Below, piece by piece: positions 1-9,615 of a stretch of 64,000 nt of DNA. Both the position numbers and the translations under genes were made by a program. Numbering within the stretch: position 1 is the stretch's first letter; each line of letters opens with the position of its first letter. Source of the stretch: a virus; the IMG/VR virus record IMGVR_UViG_3300032397_000005, positions 32,001-96,000 of that record. The stretch is one strand, 5' to 3'. A model generated the notes under the pieces. That model was not told the origin of the DNA, ran no database searches, and was given only the letters and a program-made list of their open reading frames with translations.

Positions 1-27
1 GTCCATGTGGAGGGGAGACCACCTCCC

Positions 28-1095
28 ATGTCTGAGCGGAGCAAGAAGCTATCTCGGGCGGTGTCGTCCATCGACGGCTTTCAGCTCTGGTCCACGGTGG
101 AGCACCCGCTGGTGATGAGGTCACGCATCACCTCACTGAACCGGGCGATGAAGTGTGGTGGGATCCCTGGTGGGATGCTCGGGGTCCTCCACGGGCCTAG
201 TCAAGGTGGTAAGACGCTCCTGCTGGCGGAGCTGCTCTACGACGCCTGGCGGACGGGGGGATGGGGACTCTTTGCGGACGCGGAGTGCCGGGCGGTGGAC
301 CTCCGGTGGTTCCGAGCAATTTGCGGGGCCATCGAGGAGATTGCGTACTTCAAACCCCAGACGTTCGAGCTGGCGATATCGCGCATCCAGGAGTTCCGCG
401 GGAAGTTCCGCGCGGCCAAGAAGGCAAAGGACGTCCCGGAGAACGCTTTTCTAGTGATCGGCGTGGACTCCATCAACCGGCTCACTCCCGCGACTGAGCT
501 GGACGAGATCCTCGAGGGGAAGGTTGCGCCGCGGGGCTACCCGCTCCGGGCGCTCCTGACGTCCAAGTGGTTGGACAAGATCATACCAACGCTGGAGCGG
601 GACGAGGTGGTGGTCTTCGTTCAGCGGGAGGGGAGGAAGATGGACGTGAAGCCCGGGCAGAAGACGTGGACACTGAAGGGTGGGTCCGCAATTGCGTACG
701 ACGCCGGGTGGTCAATCCGCGTCACGGCGGCCGGGAGGCAGAAGTGCAGGGACGACGACAAGGGCGGCGCCCTGTGCGGGGAGAAGCACTCCATTGAGCT
801 GGAGAAGAACTCCCTTGGACCGCACCTGAACGAAATTGCCAACTTCTACTCCTCGACGGGGGCGGAGGAGGGGATGCCGCTCGGGCTTGACTTTGCGCGG
901 GAGGTGCGGGAGGAGACGATCAACCGGGGTTTTGCGGTCTATAAGAAGGGGACCGGTTACCTGTTTCGCGGGGAGGCGGTGGCGGAATCGAAGCGAGAGT
1001 ACCTGGCTTGGATTCAGGCGGAGGAGGACGGACAACCGCGCTGGGTGAGACTTCAGGGGGAGCTCGATGCAGATGAGCAAGTTGACGCGGAGTGA
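28..1095 (+). CDS. RecA/UvsX-like recombinase
   Basis: Walker A GPSQGGKT, Walker B VIGVDS, RecA-like order of motifs (..DAEC.., GGSAIAY, KN). ATG at 28 preferred over GTG at 7. Confidence 0.85.
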   Translation: MSERSKKLSRAVSSIDGFQLWSTVEHPLVMRSRITSLNRAMKCGGIPGGMLGVLHGPSQGGKTLLLAELLYDAWRTGGWGLFADAECRAVDLRWFRAICGAIEEIAYFKPQTFELAISRIQEFRGKFRAAKKAKDVPENAFLVIGVDSINRLTPATELDEILEGKVAPRGYPLRALLTSKWLDKIIPTLERDEVVVFVQREGRKMDVKPGQKTWTLKGGSAIAYDAGWSIRVTAAGRQKCRDDDKGGALCGEKHSIELEKNSLGPHLNEIANFYSSTGAEEGMPLGLDFAREVREETINRGFAVYKKGTGYLFRGEAVAESKREYLAWIQAEEDGQPRWVRLQGELDADEQVDAE

Positions 1096-1357
1096 CAGGC
1101 TGCGGACGTTCATCCGCGCCTGTTCCTTCCGGACGGCCTGCGTTGAGGATCCGGATCCGGACCGGATACTCGAGGTTATGAACCTGCTGATTCCGGACAT
1201 TGCGGGTCGGCCGGACCGCGTCGCGCTGAAGGCGGCAATCTGCACGGTCGCGTTCTTCCAGCAGATGAGGGAGTTACTCGCGGGGGAGGTGAGCTTGGAT
1301 TTTCGGGAGGAGGCCATCCTGGAGGCCATCCTGAAGCACCTGGAGGAGGTGTCGTGA
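1067..1357 (+). CDS. hypothetical protein
   Basis: ORF overlapping both neighbours, phage-like codon usage. Confidence 0.6.
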   Translation: MQMSKLTRSDRLRTFIRACSFRTACVEDPDPDRILEVMNLLIPDIAGRPDRVALKAAICTVAFFQQMRELLAGEVSLDFREEAILEAILKHLEEVS

Positions 1358-2130
1358 GAGTGCTGGTCACCGGGGATAAGCACCTGGGTCTGGTTTCGGA
1401 CGGGGTGAGTCGCTTGGAGGAGCAGGGGGTCATCCTGGAGCGCTGCGTGGAGCTACTGAGTCACTTCAACCCGGACGTGTACGTGGACCTTGGGGACATG
1501 TTCCACTCACCTCGACCGGGTCCGGACGCCTACGAGCTTGCGTTTCGGTACCTTCGGGATCTGGCGGCGTGGCGGTGGGAACGGAAGGGGCGGCACGCGT
1601 TCGTCCTGGCTGGAAACCACGACAAGTCCACGCGGGGGTGCAGCAACGCCCTCAGTCCGCTCCTTGGGTTCCAGAAGCTCCCCCAGGTGATCCTGGCCCC
1701 GATGGAGAAGGGTATCGGACTGGCGGACGGAGTTCCGCCGACGTCAACCTGGGGTGGGGCGCTATTCCTGTTCCTCCCGTTTGTGACGGAGTGGGAGGCT
1801 CGGACGGTGTTTGGCGTTGACGGAGCTCAGACGTTGCTGGATAACGCGGCGGCGCGCGCGCTGGCGGTTGCTACGAAGGACGCTCCGGTCGTTGTCTTCT
1901 CACACCTGGAGGTGCCGGGGGCGAAGCGGAACGACTGGGACGTCTCCCAGCGGGACGTCGGACTCCACGTCCCGGACGTTCTCCTCGATGACGATAGGGT
2001 GCTTGGGATCTACGCGGGTCACATTCACCGGCACCAGGTTCTGGGGAACGTGGTCGTGGTTGGTTCCGCAATTCACGTTGACTTCGGGGAGGCATCCGAC
2101 CAAAAGGGTGCCCTCCTGGTGGAGTTTTGA
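1354..2130 (+). CDS. Mre11/SbcD-like metallophosphoesterase nuclease, N-terminal catalytic part
   Basis: DxH (GDKH), GD (LGDMF), GNHD, SH, GHIH and GS..DFGE motifs; ends at KGALLVEF. Confidence 0.9.
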   Translation: MRVLVTGDKHLGLVSDGVSRLEEQGVILERCVELLSHFNPDVYVDLGDMFHSPRPGPDAYELAFRYLRDLAAWRWERKGRHAFVLAGNHDKSTRGCSNALSPLLGFQKLPQVILAPMEKGIGLADGVPPTSTWGGALFLFLPFVTEWEARTVFGVDGAQTLLDNAAARALAVATKDAPVVVFSHLEVPGAKRNDWDVSQRDVGLHVPDVLLDDDRVLGIYAGHIHRHQVLGNVVVVGSAIHVDFGEASDQKGALLVEF

Positions 2131-2131
2131 G

Positions 2132-2404
2132 ATGGATGAGTCTGTTCTCAAGCGGTTGAAGCTTCCTACGGGCGGGACCGGGGTTCAGCGACCGGCGCCT
2201 CTGGCGGAGCCGGACCGTGTCTGGGTCCAGGTGAGTAGGAAGGTGAATCTGGTGAAGTACGACATGCTGGAGGTGGGGTGCGGTGCCACGGTCTCCCTTC
2301 TCCCGGGGGAGACGCTGCGGGACGCCATCAAGCGCGCGGCGGAGGACGTTAAAGCGGAGCACGATGACCTCCTGGAGGTCCTTAGGGTGCAGGCTGGTGT
2401 CTAA
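2132..2404 (+). CDS. hypothetical phage protein lying between the two SbcD parts
   Basis: ATG at 2132 immediately after the SbcD stop (MDESVLKRL...). Confidence 0.65.
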   Translation: MDESVLKRLKLPTGGTGVQRPAPLAEPDRVWVQVSRKVNLVKYDMLEVGCGATVSLLPGETLRDAIKRAAEDVKAEHDDLLEVLRVQAGV

Positions 2405-2804
2405 GATCGCTCGCTGCACCTTCCTCCCTCTCCCGGCGGAACCGACGCGGGAGTTGGTCCTTGAACTCGGGGATGATTGGGACGGGGCGTGGGAGTTTGA
2501 CCCGGAGGTGGTTCGAGGGGCGCGGGTCAAACCCGTGGTCTACGTTCCGGAGGGACGGCTTGCGCTGCTGGATCGGGATGCCCTCAGGAAGGCGATCGTC
2601 GAGGCGGGTGCCACCTACTGTCGGACCCCAACGATCCACGTGAGCCGGTTACGGGAGAAGCGGGACGCTCGACACGACGCGGAGCTCCCGCTGGAGGAGA
2701 GCCTACGGATCTTTGGGGAGGAGACCCGGGCGCGGGACCTGGCGGAGAAGGTGGCGTTTGCGGCGGAGTTGGCTCGAGAGGCGGACGCCGGGGTGACGGA
2801 GTGA
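2397..2804 (+). CDS. probable C-terminal (capping / Rad50-binding) part of the SbcD/Mre11 nuclease
   Basis: GTG at 2397; 'CTFLPLP..TRELVL', 'GARVKPVV', 'LRKAIVEAGA' and 'LEESLRIF' resemble SbcD C-terminal features. Confidence 0.6.
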   Translation: MSKIARCTFLPLPAEPTRELVLELGDDWDGAWEFDPEVVRGARVKPVVYVPEGRLALLDRDALRKAIVEAGATYCRTPTIHVSRLREKRDARHDAELPLEESLRIFGEETRARDLAEKVAFAAELAREADAGVTE

Positions 2805-2989
2805 CGCGAGAGGACCGGGAGCGATTGCTGGAGATCCGCAAGCGCGGGAAGATGGGGCGCGTGCCGGTTTCCAAGGAGGAGCACAACTTCTGCACCGAGA
2901 TGTGGATGACGAATCCGAAGGAGTACGCGGAGGTGGAGGCGGAGATGACGGACTGGCTTCTCAATCGCCCGTGGTGGGAGTTTGTATGA
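2801..2989 (+). CDS. small hypothetical protein
   Basis: GTGA/ATGA overlaps with both neighbours. Confidence 0.55.
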   Translation: MTREDRERLLEIRKRGKMGRVPVSKEEHNFCTEMWMTNPKEYAEVEAEMTDWLLNRPWWEFV

Positions 2990-5205
2990 TCATCAAGCGG
3001 TTGACCGTGGAGAACGTGGGGCCCTTCTTTGGGTCGTGGGAGGTGCTCCTGGAAACGGGCGTCACCGTCTTCGTCGGGGAGTACGAGGGGGCGGAGGACC
3101 GGAGCAACCGGTCCGGGAAGTCTTGGTTGGCGGTGGACGTGCCCACGTACGCCATCTTCGGGGTCTTCCGCGGCGCGCGGGTCGAGGACCTGCCGCATCG
3201 CCTGGTGCGCGGGCGGGAGTCCGCGTGGGCGGAGGTGGAGGTGGAGTCGTCGGATGGGTTGGAGTGGGTCGTCAGACGCGGGCGGACCGCGGGAGGGGAC
3301 CCCATTCGGGAACTCAACGGATCTCAGATCTCCGAGAGAGACTTGGAGCGCGTGGTCAGGGAGGAGGTGGTTGGGCTCTCCTGGGAGGAGTACCTCCTGA
3401 CGCTTGGCGCGGTGCAGGGGGAGATGCACGCGTTCATGCGACTGACCGCCGGGGAGAAGCGGCGCGTGGTTAGTCCGTGGTTCTCCACGGACCGCTGGGT
3501 CCCGCGAGCTGACCTGGCGCGCGTCAGACTTTTGAGGGCGCAGTCCAAGTTGTGGGAGTTGACGGAGGAGGAGCGCGTCCTGAGGGAGATGTTGGCGGGG
3601 ATGTCGGATCTGGTGGACGCGGAGCGGTTGGCGCACGTATCCTACGAGGAGGCCAGCGCGCGATACGCCAGTTGCTTGGAGGCGCGGTTGGCGGCGGACG
3701 CTCGGTTCAAGGCGCGTGGTGAGCGGCGGGCGAAGTTCGAGCGGCTCTCCGCGGACGTGGCGCGGCTCTCGGCGGATGTGGCGGCGGAGATGTCCGCGGC
3801 GATTCGAGCGCACTCGTGCGCGGAGGATGGGTTGACTCTCGGGTACGCGGAGCTCCGCCGCGCTCAGGAGCGGGCTGAGTGCGCCCGGACGCTCGAGAGG
3901 CAGGAGGTGGAGCTCGAGGAGCGGCGCTCCCTGGTTGGGGAGGTTCTGGCGGGCGTGACTCGTCAGGAGGGGGAGGAGGAGAGCCACGCGCGGGAGCGGG
4001 AGGAACTCCTGACGCGCTACCGGGAACTGGAGCGGACCCGGACGGGTGTCTGCCCGATTTTGAGGGAGGGGTGTGACCGCGTGGTGCGGGATGAGGGGGT
4101 ACTCCGGAAGATGAAGGTCGAGGGGTTGGGCCACCGGCGGGCGTTTCTCCGCGCGGCGGAGTTGCTGAAGGAACTTCGCTGGAAGTTGGACATGTCCCGG
4201 GCGGACGTAGATCTGGCGGAAGCGTCTGTCAAGCAGCTCCGTGATCTCCGCGGGATGCGGACGGTGACGCAGGCGGAGGCGGACGTGGAGGTGCTCAAGC
4301 GGAACCGGGACGTTGCGCTGAGCGCGTTGAACCGCGTCAAGACCGGGCGGACGGAGGCGGCGCTTGCGCTCCACCGGACCAAGAAGGAACTCGCCCAGCT
4401 CTCGGGGGAGGGCGGGGATGGGGAGGGGCTCGATGAGTTGAGTGAGCTGAGTGAGCTGGTGGAGGAGTATCAGGCGGAGTGCCGGGAACTGGAGGAGGAC
4501 CTCGTCAACGCGCGGGCGGCCGTGGCGGAGGTTCGGCGGGCGGAGGAGCGACTGGTGGAGATTGTCAGCTCTCGGGAGGTTACCTCTGCGCACGTTGAGC
4601 GGCTGGCCTGGGCGTCCTACGCGTTTGGCGCGGCGGGGATCCCAAGCCGGGAGCTGGAGAACGCCTTTGGGGTGGCGGAAGACTCCATGAACCGCGTCCT
4701 CAGGGAGCTTCAGACGCCGCTCCGCGTGGCGTTTGCGCCCACTCGGGAGCTCCAGGACTGGGAGGCGGCCTGTCTGGGGTGCGGGACCGCGTTCCAGAAG
4801 GGGGAGCGCACGCACGTCTGCGCCCTCTGCGGGGCTCCGCGGAGGAGACGCCGGCGGGACGAGTTGCGCCTAGAGGTCCAGGACGGCGGGAACTCCGCGA
4901 GCTGGGAGGTTGACTCCGGCGGCGGGAAGGTGCTCCTGAGCCTCGGCGTGCGCCTGGGGTTGGCCGCACTACCGGGGTCGCGGAGGCGCGTGCGCTGTGA
5001 GTCCCTACTCATAGACGAGCCGGATGGCGCCCTGGATGAGCCGAATCGGGCGGCGCTCCACGCCCTCCTCATTGGGGGTCTTGGGTCTCTTGGGGTCAGG
5101 CAGACGCTCCTGGTCACGCACGCGGACGTTCGGCGGGAGTTCCGGAACGTGGTTGTGGTTCACCGCTGGGAGGCGGAGGATCGCTCCGGGGCGTGGAATG
5201 AGTAG
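2986..5205 (+). CDS. SbcC/Rad50-like SMC ATPase
   Basis: MIIKRLTVEN start, Walker A NRSGKS, Q-loop QGE, long coiled coil with central CPIL..GC, signature SGGGK, Walker B LLIDEP, H-loop VTH. Confidence 0.92.
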   Translation: MIIKRLTVENVGPFFGSWEVLLETGVTVFVGEYEGAEDRSNRSGKSWLAVDVPTYAIFGVFRGARVEDLPHRLVRGRESAWAEVEVESSDGLEWVVRRGRTAGGDPIRELNGSQISERDLERVVREEVVGLSWEEYLLTLGAVQGEMHAFMRLTAGEKRRVVSPWFSTDRWVPRADLARVRLLRAQSKLWELTEEERVLREMLAGMSDLVDAERLAHVSYEEASARYASCLEARLAADARFKARGERRAKFERLSADVARLSADVAAEMSAAIRAHSCAEDGLTLGYAELRRAQERAECARTLERQEVELEERRSLVGEVLAGVTRQEGEEESHAREREELLTRYRELERTRTGVCPILREGCDRVVRDEGVLRKMKVEGLGHRRAFLRAAELLKELRWKLDMSRADVDLAEASVKQLRDLRGMRTVTQAEADVEVLKRNRDVALSALNRVKTGRTEAALALHRTKKELAQLSGEGGDGEGLDELSELSELVEEYQAECRELEEDLVNARAAVAEVRRAEERLVEIVSSREVTSAHVERLAWASYAFGAAGIPSRELENAFGVAEDSMNRVLRELQTPLRVAFAPTRELQDWEAACLGCGTAFQKGERTHVCALCGAPRRRRRRDELRLEVQDGGNSASWEVDSGGGKVLLSLGVRLGLAALPGSRRRVRCESLLIDEPDGALDEPNRAALHALLIGGLGSLGVRQTLLVTHADVRREFRNVVVVHRWEAEDRSGAWNE

Positions 5206-5214
5206 GAGGGACCG

Positions 5215-6078
5215 TTGAAGCGGGTCTTGAAGCGGGTCAGGCGGGAGATCACGCCGGGGTTTGTCTGGGAGGACGTGCCCGGGGAGCACGTCCTGGCCTG
5301 CGGAGACGCCCGGGACGCTGCTTTCCTGAGAGAGGTCCTCGGGCGCGTGACCGGTCCGGTTGACCTCCTCCTGACGGATCCACCCTACGCGGTGTCGTCT
5401 GACGCGGTCATTGGGAACATGAGTGGGCATAAGGACCACGTCCTGAACGAACCCTGGGATCGACTCTCCGAACCGGAGTTGGAGGAACTCCTCGGCTCGA
5501 TCTGCAGGACCGCGGCGGAGCTCCTTCCCGGGGGGAACGTCTGGATCTGGACCTCCGACTGGTGGCTCTCCTTCCTCAAGCGCTGGATGAGGACGTTGGG
5601 TTACCAGGTCCGCTCGTCCTTCGTCTGGTGCAAACCAAACCCGGCTTGCTCCGTTCGGAAGCGGAACTTCGTCTCCGCCTGTGAGTTTCTGGTGGTTGCT
5701 CAGGGGGTGGGGGCGTTCTTTGACTTGGGCGCGATGCCACGTCAGCGAAACTACTTCGTGGCGCTCCCGGAGGGGGAGTGGGCGCCGGCGGTCTGCCCGA
5801 ACTGGGTCGAGCGCGGCGTGGTCTCCCAGGCGGAGCGGGTCAAGCGCGGGGACGGTGTGGACCTGAATCGAGCGCAGAAACCTCTGGACCTCACGGAGGC
5901 GCTGGTCCGGGCCGGTTGCCCACCGGGCGGTCTGGTACTGGACGTCTGCGGGGGGACGGGGACCACGCTCGTGGCGGCGGACCGGGCGGGGCGCCGGTGC
6001 GCTTACCTGGACGCGGACCCGGCGCAGGTGCGGGCGGCCGTCAACCGGTTGTTGCGGGATCGGAGGGCGCGTGCCTGA
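5215..6078 (+). CDS. DNA N6-adenine/N4-cytosine methyltransferase (beta-type motif order)
   Basis: DPPY catalytic motif, W.KP, QKP..L, SAM motif VLDVCGGTGTT. Confidence 0.88.
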   Translation: MKRVLKRVRREITPGFVWEDVPGEHVLACGDARDAAFLREVLGRVTGPVDLLLTDPPYAVSSDAVIGNMSGHKDHVLNEPWDRLSEPELEELLGSICRTAAELLPGGNVWIWTSDWWLSFLKRWMRTLGYQVRSSFVWCKPNPACSVRKRNFVSACEFLVVAQGVGAFFDLGAMPRQRNYFVALPEGEWAPAVCPNWVERGVVSQAERVKRGDGVDLNRAQKPLDLTEALVRAGCPPGGLVLDVCGGTGTTLVAADRAGRRCAYLDADPAQVRAAVNRLLRDRRARA

Positions 6079-6766
6079 GAAGCGACTGCGCAAGGCGGGG
6101 GACGCGGCGGCGATCATCGGGATTGACCAGTCCGCCACGGGGACGGCGGCGGTCGCGCTCGACGCGGGGGGGAAGCTCCTGGGCGTCCTCTTCTGGGCGG
6201 ACACAAAGACCTCCGCCAAGTTGCTTGCGGCGCGCGGCGCCCTCCCTCCGCGGGCGGTGAAGGCGGGGGATGAGGCGGGGCGGACGGCGCGGCTCGAGGA
6301 GCTGCGCGTCCGGCTTGGGGGGTTTCTCAGCGAGTGGACGCCGGAGTACGCGGCGCTCGAGGACTACGCCCTGGCGAGGATGGCGTACTCCCACCACCTT
6401 GGGGAGGTCGGCGCCGTGGTTCGCCTCCTCCTCTGGGCGCGGGGGATCCCGTTCCGAGTCTACGACGTTCAGGCGGTCAAGATGTTTGCAACGGGGAACG
6501 GGAACGCGGAGAAGGCGGAGGTGGTGCTGGCCTGCCGGGATAGGTGGGACCTCAACTTCCTCGAGTTCGGGAAGACCACGGGCGCCGGCGGGAACGTGGC
6601 GGACGCGTACGTCATCGCGCAGATGCTCCGGAGTGAGCTGGCGCTTCGGGAGGGAAGTCTGGTCATGGAGCGCATTCCGGAGGCGGAGCGGCGCGTCTTC
6701 CAGCGAACGACGAAGCAGCGTCCGGAGAACGTCCTATCAACGCCCTTTGCGGTTAGGGGGATCTGA
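6071..6766 (+). CDS. RuvC-like Holliday junction resolvase
   Basis: IIGIDQS, ALED, VK.FATG.G.A.K and ADA motifs. Confidence 0.85.
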   Translation: MPEKRLRKAGDAAAIIGIDQSATGTAAVALDAGGKLLGVLFWADTKTSAKLLAARGALPPRAVKAGDEAGRTARLEELRVRLGGFLSEWTPEYAALEDYALARMAYSHHLGEVGAVVRLLLWARGIPFRVYDVQAVKMFATGNGNAEKAEVVLACRDRWDLNFLEFGKTTGAGGNVADAYVIAQMLRSELALREGSLVMERIPEAERRVFQRTTKQRPENVLSTPFAVRGI

Positions 6767-7035
6767 TGGCTAATCGGTACCTTGACATGAGTTCCGCGGA
6801 TCAGGCGGAGTTCTCCGAGGTGGTTGGTGACGTCTTCCTGGCGAATCGGAGTGAGCGCGGGGGCCGAGGGGTCGCGGAGTGCGTTGCTGATGAACTTGGT
6901 CTCCGTGGGTGGGAGGTTTACCCACCATCTGAGGTGCGTAAGTTGTACGGCGCGCTACAAAGTGGGCGGAAAGTTGGAGATGAGACCTCTACAACGGTTA
7001 AGATGCCACGCGTCAAGAGAATGAAGGAGCGGTGA
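6766..7035 (+). CDS. hypothetical protein
   Basis: coupled ORF. Confidence 0.55.
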   Translation: MANRYLDMSSADQAEFSEVVGDVFLANRSERGGRGVAECVADELGLRGWEVYPPSEVRKLYGALQSGRKVGDETSTTVKMPRVKRMKER

Positions 7036-7036
7036 G

Positions 7037-7249
7037 ATGGACGTCGACGAGGCCGTGGAGATGTGCGACAAGATCCTCGAGGACCTGGACCTGCTCCCGG
7101 AGCGCGCGGCGGAGTTCTCGGACTCCGTGGCGGAGAAGGTTGGCGGGATGCGGGACTGGATCGAGGAGCACCAGGCCGTGACGGATCGTATGTCCACCGC
7201 ACTGGAGAACATCCGCGGGGGCGTTGACAAGTGGTTGGGGAACGCGTGA
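7037..7249 (+). CDS. hypothetical protein
   Basis: AAGGAG RBS, acidic helical ORF. Confidence 0.65.
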   Translation: MDVDEAVEMCDKILEDLDLLPERAAEFSDSVAEKVGGMRDWIEEHQAVTDRMSTALENIRGGVDKWLGNA

Positions 7250-7767
7250 CGCCGCTCCTGGCAAAGGCGCTCTACGCGTTGCTGTCCCTCCTGGAGTTGG
7301 ACGGTTCACTTGCGTTGTCCGCGGTCCGCGTCGACATTGGGCGCCTGAGCGTCTACCGGCCTGGTGACGGCTGGAATCTGGGGGAGCTGGCCTGCGGCGG
7401 GAGGTACACGTCGACACAGGTCCACCTGGCGCACCGTGAGTGGAGGAGGCTTGGTTGCGGGCGGTCCGTGTACGTCTGCGCGCACCTCACCGGGCGGTGC
7501 GTACTGACGCGAGTCATGGACGCCGGTCCCTGGGGGATTTATCGCGGACCCATTCGAAACGCGGTCCCAGACGGGCGCTGGCGGATCTGGGCGAACCCAC
7601 GACCGCCCAAGGGTTGGCGGTTTCGGGCGCTGGCGGATCTCTCCTGGGCCCTCTGGAAGCAACTTGGGCGGCCTCGAGGGCTCTCTGAGGTGACGCTGTA
7701 CATCCTGCCGCGCGGTTGGAGATCACCGGAGCTCCGGACCGTTGCGGGGTTGGGTGGTGAGCGGTGA
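7246..7767 (+). CDS. RlpA-like double-psi beta-barrel (lytic transglycosylase-like) protein
   Basis: hydrophobic N-terminus; LACG, AHR, G..V.V, 'RVMDAGPW' and 'DLS..L...LG' match the DPBB/RlpA pattern. Confidence 0.7.
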   Translation: MTPLLAKALYALLSLLELDGSLALSAVRVDIGRLSVYRPGDGWNLGELACGGRYTSTQVHLAHREWRRLGCGRSVYVCAHLTGRCVLTRVMDAGPWGIYRGPIRNAVPDGRWRIWANPRPPKGWRFRALADLSWALWKQLGRPRGLSEVTLYILPRGWRSPELRTVAGLGGER

Positions 7768-8084
7768 AGTTGCGGGACGTCAAGCTACGGCGCGGGACCC
7801 GAGCTGAGATTGTTGGGCTCGCGATGGCGGAGGAGGGGTTGCTGAATGCGGATCCGCGGGACTACGTGATACTGAACGGGTGTTCCATTATCACGCTCTT
7901 CGGGGAGTACCGCGTCACCTCCAAGCTGGATGGGCGGGAGGTGGACGCAACGAACGTGGGGGCGGACGGCGCGGTTGACCCCGGTGTGAAGCGGACCGTG
8001 GTTCACCGTCGGGTCCTCTGGCGCTTCCTGGGTTCCGTGGAGTCGAAGCGGTTCTGGAGATATGGGCACCGAACGCGGAAGTGA
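7764..8084 (+). CDS. hypothetical protein
   Basis: coupled ORF. Confidence 0.55.
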   Translation: MKLRDVKLRRGTRAEIVGLAMAEEGLLNADPRDYVILNGCSIITLFGEYRVTSKLDGREVDATNVGADGAVDPGVKRTVVHRRVLWRFLGSVESKRFWRYGHRTRK

Positions 8085-8499
8085 GGCGCGCGTGTACTGC
8101 AAGATGGACGTCGACGATGCGTTCTACCGGAGTGACGCGTCCCAGTGGCGCAAGCGGGCGTGTCGATGCGCGGTTCTCCCGGAGGTCCCAAGCGTCAACT
8201 TTGGTTGCCAGTGTCCCAAGTGCGGGAGGGCGTGTCTGCAGTGCCCCGGGTTTGGGTTTGCGTCGCCACCCATCCGGAGGTTCTGGCAGATCCTATCCAG
8301 CGTCCGGTCTCAACTGCGCCGGCGGCTTCGGCGGGGGAGCAACCTGGGGTTTGTCCGCCTGCCACTGGCGGAGATCGGGATCTTACTTCGGAAGCGGGAG
8401 GAGGAGGCGCCGGATCACTGGATCGTCCAGTACGTCGATCCTGGTCCTCCGCTTCGGATCTGCGACGTTTACGTAGTCACCGACAGGAGACGTGAATGA
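8062..8499 (+). CDS. hypothetical Cys-rich protein
   Basis: ORF fills the gap before the amidase; start uncertain. Confidence 0.45.
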   Translation: MGTERGSEARVYCKMDVDDAFYRSDASQWRKRACRCAVLPEVPSVNFGCQCPKCGRACLQCPGFGFASPPIRRFWQILSSVRSQLRRRLRRGSNLGFVRLPLAEIGILLRKREEEAPDHWIVQYVDPGPPLRICDVYVVTDRRRE

Positions 8500-9611
8500 G
8501 CATTGTTCACTACACACCCGCGGAGGCGCGGGACTTCTTCGAGCGGCTGGCGGTCTACTCCGCGGCCTTCGTCCGGGAGACGCTTCCCCACGTCCACTCC
8601 TTCTGGCCAAGCAAGAACCACTACGAGGAGTGGCGAGACGGCGCCCCGATCGGGAACGTCCTGCACTACACGGCGGGGACGCGCTTCGGAGGGACGATCC
8701 GGCACTTTGTCCTGGAGCACCGGGCCTCCGCCAACTGGGTGGTGGCGCGCGGTCTGGACCCGAAGTTTTCGGAGCTCCGGAGGCAACTGGAGCTGGACCG
8801 TGACCTCCGGGCGGACGTGGTGCAGGTCATCCCTCCGGATCAACCGTCCTGGCACGCAGGTTGGGTGAACCGCTTCCTGACCGGGATCGAGGTCCGGAAC
8901 GCCGGGATCCTCCGGGCGCACCCCAAGAAGATGGGGCGGCCGGGGGCGCTTGCCGGTGGGATGAGTCGAGACGACTTCTTCAAGTACGGGAATCTGGCGC
9001 GGGAGGACCTAGACTTCTTCTGGTGGCCGGACGGGTGGACGTCTAGGTTCGAGGGGGAGGTGACGCACTGTCACGGGAGCTGGTGGGAGACCTGGACCCG
9101 GGGGAGCGTGGCCACGGTTGTGACGCTCCTGCGCTACCTGAACGCCCTCTACCCCGGGAAGATGCGTCCGGAGTGGATGCTGGCTCACCACAACGTGCTC
9201 TCGACGAAGAGCGACTGTGTGTACGCTCCAGACCTGGCCTCCATCCGGAGCTCCGTCCTGACCTCCCGGGAGCACGTGGACAACTTGGAGTGGCTGTCTC
9301 TGCTAGACGACGCCGAGGACACGTTCGAGGACGAGGACGACCCGTGGATGCTCCGGGACCTCTCCGAGCGGCAGGCGGACCGCGCGGAGGAGGACGTGGA
9401 CGACTTTCACGTTGTGGACGGGCGCGTCGACCGTCCGGAGGAGGCGCGGGAGGCGCTTCGGCGGTTGGGGTATCACGTGGAGGGGGACGACTCGCTCCTG
9501 ACCAGCGTCCGGATCTACCAGCAGTCGCGCGGTTTGGACGTGGACGGGGACGTTGGGTCCCAGACCTACGCGGCGCTGGATAAGGAACTGAAGTCATGGA
9601 GGCTAAGGTAG
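8496..9611 (+). CDS. N-acetylmuramoyl-L-alanine amidase (Amidase_2-like endolysin) with C-terminal peptidoglycan-binding domain
   Basis: VLHYTA, WHAG, GIEV, AHH motifs; C-terminal 'LRRLGY...YQQSRGLDVDGDVGSQTYAAL' PG_binding_1 pattern. Confidence 0.85.
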   Translation: MSIVHYTPAEARDFFERLAVYSAAFVRETLPHVHSFWPSKNHYEEWRDGAPIGNVLHYTAGTRFGGTIRHFVLEHRASANWVVARGLDPKFSELRRQLELDRDLRADVVQVIPPDQPSWHAGWVNRFLTGIEVRNAGILRAHPKKMGRPGALAGGMSRDDFFKYGNLAREDLDFFWWPDGWTSRFEGEVTHCHGSWWETWTRGSVATVVTLLRYLNALYPGKMRPEWMLAHHNVLSTKSDCVYAPDLASIRSSVLTSREHVDNLEWLSLLDDAEDTFEDEDDPWMLRDLSERQADRAEEDVDDFHVVDGRVDRPEEAREALRRLGYHVEGDDSLLTSVRIYQQSRGLDVDGDVGSQTYAALDKELKSWRLR

Positions 9612-9615
9612 GGTC

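Noticed and set aside
2584-4815. 743-aa antisense ORF, and similar long antisense ORFs at 32056-33408, 43464-44789, 46942-48387, 55703-57073 and 61075-62514
   Set aside because: Shadow ORFs opposite well-supported genes in GC-rich DNA; no motifs or RBS.
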